From Octopus sinensis (lineage: Eukaryota): a DNA stretch of 53,846 nt. The translations under genes and the position numbers were made by a program. The notes beneath the pieces were generated by a model. It did not search any database, was not told the DNA's origin, and worked only from the letters and a program-made list of their open reading frames with translations. Positions 1 to 11,430 of the stretch are shown here, in pieces; within the stretch, counting starts at the first letter, position 1, and every line of letters begins with the position of its first letter. The stretch is from positions 1 through 53,846 of the forward strand of contig NW_021835112.1 of the NCBI RefSeq assembly GCF_006345805.1, given 5' to 3'.

Positions 1-486
1 GCGTTGCGCTTTCGAGAAGCACGCTACGTTCTTAATGAAGAATACGAGCTTTTTCAAAAGTGTCGACTCCCACCTTAGCCTGCTTCCTCCAACTATGGCA
101 ATGACAGGCATTGCTCTCCCAGTCGATTTCCTGCGTATTACGGGCCTTTAATGAGGACTTGAGACTCAGTCCTTGAATGGCAGCCTTGGTTTCTGCCGGG
201 GTCTCTTTTCACAAACAAGTTCCTCATGTAGCATCTGCTTAGGGATCCTGCTATCCTTCATTCTAATAAGGTGTCCAGTCCAACGTAACCGGTGCTTGTA
301 CACCATCGCCTAAATACTCAAGATATCAACTATCCTCACGACATATGTGTCTGAAGTTTTTAAGGTCCGTCTAACTTTCAGCATGTGTGTCAGGCATCTC
401 CGATGGAAGCGTTCAAGAACCTTTACATGACGTTTGTAAAGGCTCCATGTCTCACATGAGTAAAGGAGCGATTAACCCTACATCTA
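1..486 (-). mobile_element. RTE-clade LINE, decayed 3' part of ORF (post-RT region)
   Basis: Minus-strand translation LLYSCETWSLYKRHVKVLERFHRRCL...HRLRWTGHLIRMKDSRIPKQML, with one internal stop. LLYxCETW and RLRWxGHxxRM..RIPK are RTE C-terminal motifs. Confidence 0.9.
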
Positions 487-495
487 TATATAATA

Positions 496-1000
496 TTATT
501 CTACAAAGAAAAAATATTGAAATAACATTTATCCTCATATCTACAATCACAATTTCTATATATGTATATATCTATGGGTATGTCTATGTGTAGATGAACA
601 TGTTTGTATATAGTAATATATACATCTATGTATATGTTTTGTATGTATCTGTGTATGTATACGAGCGTGTATAAGTGTATATATGTATATGTGTGTATGT
701 GTATGTATGTATGTGCATGTATGCATGTGTATGTGTATATATGTCTTTATATATGTGTGCATGCATGCGCATGTATGTATATGTATATATATATGTGTGT
801 GTGTGTGTATGTGTGTGTATCTGTATATGTTCATGTATTTATGTGTGTGTATGTATGTATTGATGTAAAATATATATAAACATGTGTATTTCTCTATACG
901 TACATGCATATGTGTATTTGTATATATGTATATATGTGCGTATATATGTATATATATATGTATATTTACATATATTTGTACATTTATATTATACATACGT
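496..1000. repeat. Compound (TA)/(TG)/(TATG) microsatellite
   Basis: Directly visible; source of the YV/MC-rich ORFs at 556-996. Confidence 0.95.
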
Positions 1001-1850
1001 TTATTACATAATGTATAAATAAGGTAATGAATGTATACTAAATGTATAATAGGCTAATATTACTTAACGAAATTACATCGGCAAAATTATTTATTTATTT
1101 ATTTAATTATTATGATAAACGGTTTATAAGTTCCTTACTCTAACTGAATTTTATCTTTTGAATAAAAATAAGTTGTTTTTTTTTTATTTTATCTATTAAT
1201 TTTCATACTGAATCCTTTGTAAGTGTCTTGTATTGAGACTTAGGGCTTGTCATTTTAAATTCTACTATAAGGTGGGCATTAGGAAATAAAATTTTTAGTG
1301 GATTAATTCATAAAATACCGTATTAGTTCAAGTGAAAATATTTGTATTTACTGTAAAATACATCATTATATTCACAGTTAATATTAATTATAGATTACAT
1401 ATAAGCTTTCTTCATTATGCTAAATGATTATACTTTAAAAATACATTCATTTAATTTAATAATTAATGATAATGACAATGATAATAATAATATACGAATA
1501 ATTTTACATAATGCTAAATTGTGAACAAAGACATTTATTTCCGGGTACGTATTTCTGCTTCTTTTTTTTTTGCTTTTTTCTGTTTTTTTAATAGCTAATT
1601 TATTTATAAATTTATAAACTTCTACTAACAATTCTTTTCCTTTCCTCTGATAAACTAAGTAATTTAGTATTTGTTCTAGAAATTGTGTAAGGATGATAAG
1701 TAGATTGCAACAATTATTTATACAATTAAAGCACTACTCGAATAATTGTAAATATGTGTATTAATTGAGATACAAACAAAGCCAATAAATTTAATAATTT
1801 CTTTTTATAATATATAATGTACTTTATAGCTTGTATTCTTTTTGCAACGC

Positions 1851-2280
1851 TCTAATTTCGTTACTTCGGAAAGATTTAGTAAAATCTTGAAATATGTTAT
1901 TTATAGTTTATAATCTCTTTATCTAAGAAATAATATAGGTTGTATTTATCGTAGATCTATATTTTATGTTTATGCTTTTGCTTATTTACATTTACGGAAT
2001 TCTCCCTTCGACAATTTACATAAATAAGGACTATTATTTGTTAGTTACTTTTAATAATCTTTATTCCAGTGACTTCTAATTTAGTTACTTCTGAATGACT
2101 TGGTAAAATTTTGATATTTGTTATTTATATTTATAGTTTATTATATCTTTATCGAAGAAATAATATAGGTTATAATTATCGTAGATCTAAGCTTTTGTTT
2201 ATTTTATTTACCGAGTTCTCTCTTCGATAAAATACCCAAATAAGGACCATTATTTGTTAGTTACTTTGAATAATATTTAT
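1851..2280. repeat. Diverged tandem duplication, 2 units of ~216-224 bp
   Basis: TCTAATTT.GTTACTTC at 1851 and 2075; GAAATAATATAGGTT..TATCGTAGATCTA and ATTTGTTAGTTACTTT (2036, 2252) recur in both units. Confidence 0.85.
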
Positions 2281-2325
2281 ATTAGTAACTGTAAAAGAAA
2301 TGAGAATTGTTATTGTATTTAATCA

Positions 2326-2535
2326 TTATATTAATGTATCAGCATATATAATTTATATATGAATGTATCAGTATATATAATTTATATATTAATGTATCAA
2401 TATATATAATTTATATCTTGATGTATCAATATATATAATTTATATATTGATGTATCAGTATATATAATTTATATATTATGTATCGATATATATAATTTAT
2501 ATATTGATGTATCAGTATATATAATTTATATATAT
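2326..2535. repeat. 29-bp minisatellite, ~7 copies
   Basis: ATGTATC at 2334, 2363, 2392, 2421, 2450, 2478 and 2507; unit approximately TGATGTATCAGTATATATAATTTATATAT; no spacers. Confidence 0.9.
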
Positions 2536-2992
2536 TTTCCTTGAGTAATTATAAATATTTGAAAATATTGCATATAAATAGCTAGTTAGTTCATATACTT
2601 GGAATATGCTTTTTTTCAAACATGCATAGGCATATTTATAGAATAAATATTGATTTACACAATTTATTACCGTCTCTAAAACTAATTAGAACTCTGATAC
2701 TTCATTTATTTATATATTGGTATGATTATATATTATTAAAATATCTTTATCTTATATTCAACTTTTAATACTTTTTAATAGTTATATAAAAAAACTTATA
2801 AATAATAATAATAATAATATATATATATAATTTTATAAGTATAAATTATTAATTTAAATAATTGTTAACATTTTAACTTTAAATTTAAATAATTTAAATT
2901 CTGAATTTTATATTTTATATATTTTATTAATCAATTTTATTTCTATGTATTGGTTTATGATTTTCAGTGTTTGATTTGCCTATCTCTAATTT

Positions 2993-3024
<32 letters not shown>

Positions 3025-3244
3025 GCGAGAGAGAGTGAGAGAGAGGGGAGAGAGATAGAAAGAATATGAGGGGTTTGGTTCATTGGTGATCTACACGAAT
3101 AGGTACGCTGTGTAAGTGCTATAATTGGTCATCCGTTAGTTTCCACAGCTGAGGCTGGAGCTAGGCATCCGTAGTAGGCTTCCGAGTTAGCAGACATATA
3201 TTAGAAATGTATTTTCAACTTAACTTAGTAACCTCCCTGCAACA

Positions 3245-3375
3245 TATCGATAAATTAAGTACCACGCTTTAAAAAAGACAAGTACTGCGATCAATTCAAT
3301 TGACTAAATGTTATTCAAGGCGATGCCCTTGCATGGCCGCAGTCTAATGACTGAAACATGTAAAAAGTAAAAGAT
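3245..3375 (+). mobile_element. SINE 3' fragment (family A)
   Basis: CGATAAATTAAGTACC...CAAGGCGATGCCCTTGCATGGCCGCAGTCTAATGACTGAAACA resembles the 3' parts at 27370-27545 and 44757-44990. Confidence 0.6.
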
Positions 3376-3569
3376 ATGTTTATACATGTGTGATCGATAC
3401 ATGACATTTACACAGGCATATATACATGTATGTGCGTGCGCATACATATACTTATAAAAGTATAAAGACTCATATGTATTTACAAACATATATACATACA
3501 TAAAATCAAAATAAGCAATAGGATATCAAGAGGTTATGCAATACGACCTTTAAATCGGCTCCTTTTAAT

Positions 3570-4157
3570 TGAACAATGCAAGCATTACATCAATTTAAAT
3601 GCAGGGCTATCCTCAGCTGCATAAATAATGAATTAATTTGGTATAACTTTCCCTTCAACTGTACCATATCCACAAACATATATACGAAATTTAGGACAAT
3701 TTTAGAAAAATACTTCCCTGCTTCCCATTGATATAACAGAATTTTTTCCCGTAAGACAGTTAGAATCTCATACTCTACCATCTCCAGTATGGGGTACCAT
3801 CACAGCAAGGTTAAATAGAAAAACTATTAAATTAGCAAGAGGTAGTAAGAATAATAATGTTAATGTCAACACTAACTTAAACCCCAACAATGTGAATAAA
3901 AATATTAAAGGTGACGTAGAAAATAGAAACAGCGGTACTAATGCTTCTAATATTTAGAATATAGACTTGTAGCTCTGAGGTCCATACAAGCACAGAGACT
4001 ACTGATACGCCTGATGATACTGGGATGAATGGGAATGATACTAAAATTGAAGGATGGAGAGATAATACCAGATATGAAAATAATACATACAATAGCAGTA
4101 TAGGATTAATATTAATAGTAATATTATAATAATAATAATAATAATAATAATATAATA

Positions 4158-4201
<44 letters not shown>

Positions 4202-4677
4202 TGGTATGAGTATCAATAATATTAATAGTAGTAATTCTCCTAGTTGCAATTGTAGAATTAAATCCCACTACCTGTTATTAGGCCGACGTCTAACCCAAAA
4301 CGTAATCTACAAGTGTACAATCATAACTGTAGCTGGTAACATTGTATATAAAGGATATTCAATAAATATGAAAAATGCATTAATAACCATTTTCCATTTT
4401 TACGCTCAAACATAAGGCCAGTTGTACGTCTTTATCTATCAAGATTTGGGAACTGAAGGAAAGCGGAATCGAATTTAGCCTTAAATGGGATATTATAAGG
4501 AAAGCGCAACCTTATAGAGATAGTCGATACGGGTGCGAACCGTGCTCGATGGAAACTTATGAAATTTTTAAGTACAGGGACAAGAGAAACCTGGTTAATA
4601 ATAGATTAGACCTAAGGATATCACGCGTACATAGGGCCACCCGTACATTTAAATATTTTCGAACTTATCGCTTATAG
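3570..4677 (+). mobile_element. Penelope-like element, Naiad-like: RT thumb, Asn-rich linker and GIY-YIG endonuclease (pseudogenised)
   Basis: ELIWYNFPFNCTISTNIYTKFRTILEKYFP..RIFSRKTVRISYS (WFNPP block); SCNCRIK..TQNVIYKC; TSLSIKIWELKE..KWDIIRKAQPY..CEPCSME..LVN.R, stop at 4675-4677. Several stops and frameshifts. Confidence 0.85.
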
Positions 4678-5299
4678 GTGCTGCACTTGAACCCGGATAT
4701 GATGTGAACATACACCCTAGTATTACATACAACAATTTATATATGTTTTGTTACTATTCTCTATAATTTCTTATTATTGTGTTTTCTTATTTTGATACTG
4801 TAACCTATTAACCTCTTATCTCTTATAAGTTATTAATGGTCTTAAAGAGAAATATAAAGTTTCTAGTTAATTAAGTTTAGAAGATTTGATTATAGCATAC
4901 CCATAATAAAGTACAAATATTCGTGCATATTTGCATGTGTGCACATAGTTAAATATGTATATGTATCTGTGTACAACTTATTTTTCCGATTTTTTTCTGA
5001 TTCTTAGCTTACAATTAATATAAAGATAGCGTGTTTCATCGCCCCACATTAGAAAGGACACTTTTAAGCAATAGATGACGACATAACTTCAAGACAAACT
5101 GCAGGAACTCAGTATGCAAAATCTACGCAGAAGCTTAACAGATATCTGCAAAGCTTAATTCAAATGCCATGCAAAACCAAAAGCCTTAATCATAGAGCAC
5201 ATGTGTTCCTTTAAGCAAAACTTAGCCGCAGTAAAAATCAAAAAACAGCAAAGATTTAAGAATATACCATGGCAGTTTTTACAGATCAGACTATAGCTC

Positions 5300-5352
5300 T
5301 CTCTCCCTTCCACTCTCTCTCTCTCTCTCTCTCTCCTCTCTCTCTATATATA

Positions 5353-5392
<40 letters not shown>

Positions 5393-5401
5393 TATATATA
5401 T

Positions 5402-5451
<50 letters not shown>

Positions 5452-5565
5452 GATAGATAGATTATTGCTATAATATTATATATATATACTATATATATAT
5501 ATGGTGTGGGTGTGTGTGTGTGTGTATGTGTATGTGTGTGTACACACATATATATATTATATATA
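5300..5565. repeat. Compound (CT)/(TA)/(GATA)/(TG) microsatellite
   Basis: Directly visible. Confidence 0.95.
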
Positions 5566-7199
5566 TATTATTGAAACATGATTACGTCTATCATTAAAGT
5601 TGACTTAAGTATATATTTACAAAAGTGGTGCACATCATTGTAACTGGGCAATTACAAACGGATTGATTGACAGATTAGCATTTTTCTTTACATAAGTCAC
5701 TCTAGGCCATTTTGTATTAAAATCAGACGAAATAAATATGCGTTACAAGTTAATGTATTATACTGTAAAGATAAACAAATGTTTATTAAACGTACACAAA
5801 GAAAAATTATTTACAAAATATCTACCTAAAAATACATTGTATCAGTTTTAAGATAATTTAACCCAATGTGATACTTTTAAGCTTTGATACTAGATACTTA
5901 AAAAGGGACATAACTTATTTTATAGAGATCTTCCATCTAAAATACTTAATTGTTGTTCGTACACAATAGGATACAATTATATGACAATAGATCAAAGATC
6001 GACCTTTTAATGCATTTTACATTAACATACTAACATTAACCAGTATTATTTTACAGGTCTATAATTAACTATAATTAATATAATTTATGTCGGTAAAATA
6101 AAATTTACTATCAGTATTACGGAAAAGTCTATCGCGTACTTGAATTTATGGTCATCGTTTAATTGTGATACACCACAGAAATTAGTGTTATCAGGTTTGA
6201 GCTAGCATGACTTGACTGTTGAGAGCTGAATGATTTGATCATAAAAGCGCCACAATGCCAGAGACAGAAAATAAACTGCTGATTTTTTTGTGTTCCCTTC
6301 TAGACTATAATCATACGAATATTGCAATGCGTAAAAGATTTTATTTACTGCTTCATATATTTGGCTTAAATACATTTTAAAATATGGTTTAATAAATACA
6401 TTTTGACTTGACAAATACATTTTGAAATATGAAATTAGAATAATATTAAAATGCATTGATTTGGGCATCTTAAAAGGTGGTCATAAATACTTTTAAGTAA
6501 AATATAAAGAATGCTAAACAATATATCATTTCACTGCCATATTGCTGATCTTCCATAATAAATTGTGTACAGTTACGACTGATACATCGGTAAGAAAAAA
6601 GGTCATTGTCAGATCTAAGGATTCTAATGTTAATTATGTTGGAGTTATGTTGGAGTTAAGGGCATTTTTCATACGGATTATGAACTGTTGGAGGAAATAG
6701 TTAGTTACGGGAGATCAATAATACAGCAATGTAGTATTTGCAGTTCTTGTTATTTCATTCGTCTCACAAAATATTGTATCTCTTGTAAATATACAAGTAT
6801 AAAAAAATGTAATTCACACCAAGACGGTCATACTTCTCACAAAAGCAGTAACATTACTTGCAAACACTGAAATTTGCGCACATCCGGAAAACACCTGTAA
6901 ATTTGGTACAAATATTTTTCAAAAGACACATTTCAACAAACGAAGTGGTTTCCAAAGGAAGTTTTAATTATTTTGTGCATAATCATTCATGATTACTTTA
7001 TTATTTTCGAATTTGCCAAATCAACCAATTTTCAATATACACAACAGAAAACAAATACTGGCAGTAATTTTTTCTAATTAATTATATTAGATGACATGTA
7101 ATTTTTAATTAATTGCATTATTTTCTAAATTACTTCAAACACACACATAACATTCACGTGGATGTCTATATAATGCATGCATACGTACATGCATGTGTA

Positions 7200-7238
7200 A
7201 GTACTGTGTATAATATATTACATAATATATATATATAT

Positions 7239-7277
<39 letters not shown>

Positions 7278-7617
7278 ATGTGTGTGTGTGGTTGTGTGTA
7301 TTATATGCAAATATGCATATATATATATATATATATAATGCATGTAATACACATAAGGAAGTATGTTGTATTTGTATATATTCATGCGCGTATGTATAGC
7401 TATATGCCTGTATGTGTTTGTATGTTTATATAATTGTGTGCATGCTTTTAAAGAGTAGATATTCGTATGATTTGGCTAGATTTGCTCATGTTAATGATGC
7501 TATAAGCAGTTTATAGGGATTACAGTGTAACAATATTGCCAAATCTTAAAGTAGCTACATGCGTGTGTGTGGTTCGTATATGTATGTATATATGCATGCA
7601 TAAATATATATATATAA

Positions 7618-7670
<53 letters not shown>

Positions 7671-8113
7671 GCTACAAATTTGTGGTGTATAGAATATATA
7701 TATATACATGTACACATAAACTCGTGCGCGCAAGCTCAGACACATACACACACACAAACAATATATATATGGAGGTGAAGAGTTACATTTGTCTCTGGCT
7801 TTAGAATCTGGTGAGCCGTCCTCGAGGCTAAAGACTTTGTTGATGAGGAGCCATGGTTGCTCTATGACCGGTCATAGTCTCAATTATTTATAATATATAT
7901 GTATGCAGATCTATAAGCAACTCCTTCATGTTTTAAATATTCTATATCTTGCTTGTTCTTCATTTTCCCTGACACTTGTAAAGATGTGTATATGTGTACC
8001 TATGGCTATGTATGTATGTATGTATGTATGTATGTATGTATGTATGTATGTATGTATGTATGTATGTATGTATGTATGTATGTATGTATGTATGTGTGTA
8101 TGTATGTATGTAT
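7200..8113. repeat. Microsatellite-rich block: (TA)n tracts and (TATG)n at ~8008-8113
   Basis: Directly visible, interspersed with short unique segments. Confidence 0.9.
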
Positions 8114-8328
8114 GTACATTTTTACCGTTGTAAGTATTTATGCACTAACAATATCTTACTCTGATAAAACTGTATGACAATTTTATCAATTTTATCAATT
8201 TTATCCTTGAGAGTACCAGTTTTTGACAAGCTGGGTATCTTGGTAGATTTCAACACAAGAGTTGGAACTGACAACATTTCATTTACCTAGCTAGCTAGGT
8301 AGAACAATAAATGACGTAGTGGTTAAGA

Positions 8329-8379
8329 GTAGTGGTTAAGGGCGCGGGCTACTAAACCCAAGATTTCGAGTTCGATTCC
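8329..8379 (+). promoter_or_regulatory. Pol III internal promoter (A and B boxes) of tRNA-derived head
   Basis: GTAGTGGTTAAG ... GAGTTCGATTCC with tRNA-like spacing and an intervening anticodon-like loop CTACTAA. Confidence 0.75.
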
Positions 8380-8460
8380 AATGAGTGACCTGAACAATAA
8401 TAATAACAACAATAATAATAATACCCCTGGAATGAGAACCTAGGTTCGAAATTTCCCCAA

Positions 8461-8506
8461 GACACCTGATGAAGGCTGGAGGGTATATCAGCCGAAACGT
8501 TGTGTT
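8461..8506 (+). ncRNA. Minimal type I hammerhead ribozyme, core intact
   Basis: GACAC-CTGATGA-A-GGCTG[GAGGGTATAT]CAGCC-GAAA-CG-T-T-GTGTT. Stem I 5 bp (one G.U), stem II 5 bp, palindromic ACGT stem III, GUU cleavage triplet ending at 8501. Confidence 0.85.
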
Positions 8507-8759
8507 AACATCAACAAGATAAGGACAAATATCTGTCAAATGTAAATAATGTAAATAATGTACGTAATTCCTCATCTCTTAAATATAGAACTGAATAGTT
8601 TTTCTATTTATGAGATCAGTGACTGTGTGTCACTTCGAAAATATAAGGACGCAGATAGTGCGTAGGTAGCCAGCTGGAGACGATGTTTCCTGGTGCTATG
8701 TAACAGTAGCATTCGTCCTAACCAGGACCGCCATATTATGTTGGTAAATAATCTTTACT

Positions 8760-8882
8760 CTCTCCCTCTCTCTCTCCCTCTCTCTCTCCCTCTCTCTCTC
8801 CCTCTCTCTCTCCTCTCGCTCTCTCTCTCTCGTTTTACACACACACACACACACACGCACACACAAACACCCACACACACAC

Positions 8883-8969
<87 letters not shown>

Positions 8970-8970
8970 C
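8760..8970. repeat. (CT)/(CA)/(TA) compound microsatellite
   Basis: Directly visible. Confidence 0.95.
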
Positions 8971-9353
8971 TAGGCCTCGAAATCGGTTTCGCAAAACATT
9001 TCTCCATTTTTTTCTTTTGAAGAAATATCGTTGAAACTGAACTAACTGAACTGTTGTCGGTCTCCTTTAGTTGAGAGTAGTGTCTGTTTCATCGAAGCAT
9101 ATCGCAACATATCAATTCTCACTTTCTCTCCCCTTGAATCATAGATCAGCACCTTGTCATTTCCTTCGCTAACCCCTGGCTGACTCTTTGAATTTGGAGG
9201 TAACAGAGTTTATTCATAGCAAGTCAAGGGGATGTTGTTAGTCTTCAGTCAGGTGATCTTTCTCGTTGAGCATATGTAATAACCAGTTCCAGATTCATTT
9301 CAAGGAAGTAACACTAACTAAATTTTTTCTTAATTATTTTCATTAGCCCTAGC

Positions 9354-10137
9354 ATGATAAAAAGAAAATCAACTGTTTGGAATTTGTTCGATAGGAAAAC
9401 AAAGATGAAGCTCAATGCAATAAGTGTGATAAGATCATGAAGTCTTCTGGAGGATCTACTACGTCTCTGATCTTGCACTTGAAGAAAATTCATCAAATCG
9501 ACATAAATCAAGATGCAAACCAGCCCCCTGTGAAAATGACAAGAACATTTTTTAACGAAGAAATCAATGGAAGAAGAAGTTTCAAAGTTAGCTGCTACGG
9601 ATGGATTCTCTTTCAATTCAATTGCCAAAATCGACTTTATACACAAAAATCTTCATAATCAGAGAGGCAAATATGACAAATTACAACCAACATCTGCAAA
9701 CAGAGTCAGGAATATGGTAATGATTTATTACATAACCAAGAAAGAAAAAGAAGTATTTCGAAAAAGAAGTAGCGCTGGGGATTCGCTACTCATTGACTTT
9801 GGATGAATACACATCAATTCAGAATAAACGATATATGAACATAAATGTTCATGGGAAAGACAATCATTGGTCGTTGGGCCTTATTGAGATCCATGGCTCC
9901 CTTAATAGCAGGAGAACAGAGCAATTTGTGAGAGGACATCTTCGTGAATTTGGATTGGATTTGGATATACACATTGTTGGCTGTACGACGGATGGTGCTT
10001 CTATGGTGGTGAAATTCGGAAAAGAAATAAGACCTGATCACCAACAATGTTTCATACATTGCATACATCTGTCTGTGATCGACATTCTCTATCAAAAAAA
10101 TATTGAATATATTGCCTCAACCGATGAGACTGATTAA
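9354..10137 (+). mobile_element. hAT transposase pseudogene (BED finger and N-terminal catalytic region), 3'-truncated
   Basis: MIKRKSTVWNLF../AQCNKCDKIMKSSGGSTTSLILHLKKIH (BED finger); TLDEYTSIQNKRYMNINVH; IVGCTTDGAS; QCFIHCIHL (CxxH). Frameshifted. Confidence 0.9.
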
Positions 10138-10204
10138 AAGTAAAGAGATCGCTATAACAGACGGTTGATGATGAAGCTGGCATAGCCAACAAGACATGCT
10201 TTTT

Positions 10205-10277
10205 CCACGGATAACTGAAGACATGGCGGCATGGATTTCCACCACCCCCACATTCGAAACTCGGAGTTTTATCATGG
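10205..10277 (+). ncRNA. Type I hammerhead ribozyme, core intact, stem II imperfect
   Basis: GATAA(10210-14)-CTGAAGA-[34 nt, partly pairing]-GAAA-CTCGGAG-T-T-TTATC(10269-73). Stem I extends by CCA/TGG; stem III ACTC-G-GAGT is self-complementary around a central G. Confidence 0.7.
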
Positions 10278-10308
10278 CTACCGAATAATTGTCACATATT
10301 ACATTTAC

Positions 10309-10371
<63 letters not shown>

Positions 10372-10463
10372 ATATATATATTATATACATGTATATATAT
10401 ATCCATGTATGTATTATGTATGTATGCATGTATCTCTGTGCATATAAAGAGATACAGACAGTG

Positions 10464-10962
10464 ACAAATACCAGTATGTTAAATACTTTATGATAAACGT
10501 CTTGATTTATTAAAATTACCAAATGACAGTTATGACCAATTCAAATTAAGAAGGGGAAGTAATCTTAAGATGCAAGTTTTCCGCTAAATTGGCATGCCAT
10601 TAAGGAAATGGATGAAGATAAGCGAACACAGCTTATTTTTGTTTAAACTATGCAAATTACCGAGGCCAGTACTGCTTTTTACTCTGTTTTGTGTTTGTCT
10701 AATTCTTTTGGCTACTGGAGGGAAGGTAGTGTAATTGTTGCACTGTCAAAGGTTTTTGAATAACAAATACATGCCTGCAACCATCCTTTTATCTCCAGGC
10801 AATAACCCTATCTTTTTCTTGAATGGTATGCCAATAATGGAGAATTCTTGAGTGTTGAGTTGGTCACAATTGCCATGTTGTAATCATGATATGTCCTCTA
10901 GACACAGGAATAATTTTAATAAATCAAGAATTTTATGAGGTATTTAACATACCAGTATTTGT
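10464..10962. mobile_element. MITE-like element with ~53-bp imperfect TIRs
   Basis: ACAAATACCAGTATGTTAAATAC...TTGATTTATTAAAATTA (10464-10518) matches the reverse complement of 10911-10962; non-coding interior. Confidence 0.75.
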
Positions 10963-11029
10963 GTATGTTTTTCAAATACATGCCACTGAATACTTCCAGT
11001 TATTCTTCTTAGCTCGTTTCTGTTTATAT

Positions 11030-11139
11030 GTGTGCGCATGTATGTATGTATTATATGTGTATGTATGTATGCATACACATATGTGTGTATGAATGTATGT
11101 ATGTGTGTATGAAGAATGTATGTATGTATGTATATATAT

Positions 11140-11215
<76 letters not shown>
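11030..11215. repeat. (TATG)/(TA) microsatellite
   Basis: Directly visible. Confidence 0.95.
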
Positions 11216-11217
<2 letters not shown>

Positions 11218-11224
11218 CTCGAGT

Positions 11225-11430
11225 CTCAAACAGACTGGAGTGGAGCATACGTCTCGCTGTATAGTAATAAAAAATGTTGCACTATATAACAGAATATCGC
11301 TGGTGTCTAATTTATGTCTAGAGGAAAAACTGGCAATCATCACATCCCGAGAAAACATAATTAATATACACTCAGAAGATATTATATAATATAAGCATAA
11401 AAGCAAGGAATCATTCCTGGAATTCGAAAA
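11225..11430 (+). mobile_element. PLE GIY-YIG endonuclease C-terminal fragment (Naiad-like)
   Basis: LKQTGVEHTSRCIVIKNVALYNRISLVSNLCLEEKLAIITSRENIINIHSE..YKH matches the C.LCL.EK..I...LN.RSE..CRH block. Confidence 0.75.

Larger units (their letters stand above)
8316..8594 (+). mobile_element. tRNA-headed SINE-like element with (AAT)n spacer and hammerhead-bearing tail
   Basis: A-box GTAGTGGTTAAG duplicated (8316-8327, 8329-8340); B-box GTTCGATTCC at 8370-8379; AAT run; tail shared with 35402-35587; no T4 run until TTTTT at 8599-8603. Confidence 0.8.

Noticed and set aside
1860-2200. LRR-like text (LDLR, EVTKLE) in the duplication
   Set aside because: Multiple stops and no full LxxLxLxxN periodicity.
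2326-2535. 29-bp repeats as a CRISPR array
   Set aside because: Head-to-tail with no unique spacers, in a eukaryotic context with no cas genes.
1000-3000. Mitochondrial insertion (NUMT) or ciliate-code gene
   Set aside because: No recognisable mitochondrial protein, rRNA or tRNA motif. Reading TAA as Gln does not keep the frame across the two duplicated units.
5040-5290. Tc1-like transposase remnant (AVFTDQT)
   Set aside because: A single loose motif, with no TIR or further catalytic residues.
6560-6900. GPCR-like transmembrane text on the minus strand
   Set aside because: Needs read-through of stops and lacks NPxxY or other diagnostic motifs.
8329-8390. Functional tRNA gene
   Set aside because: The acceptor stem is not recoverable, the A-box is duplicated and the head is fused to a repeat tail; treated as a SINE head. 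The same applies to 27612-27680.
9190-9250. Hammerhead on the minus strand (CTGAAGA..GAAT)
   Set aside because: No GAAA, no NUH in register, no stem I.
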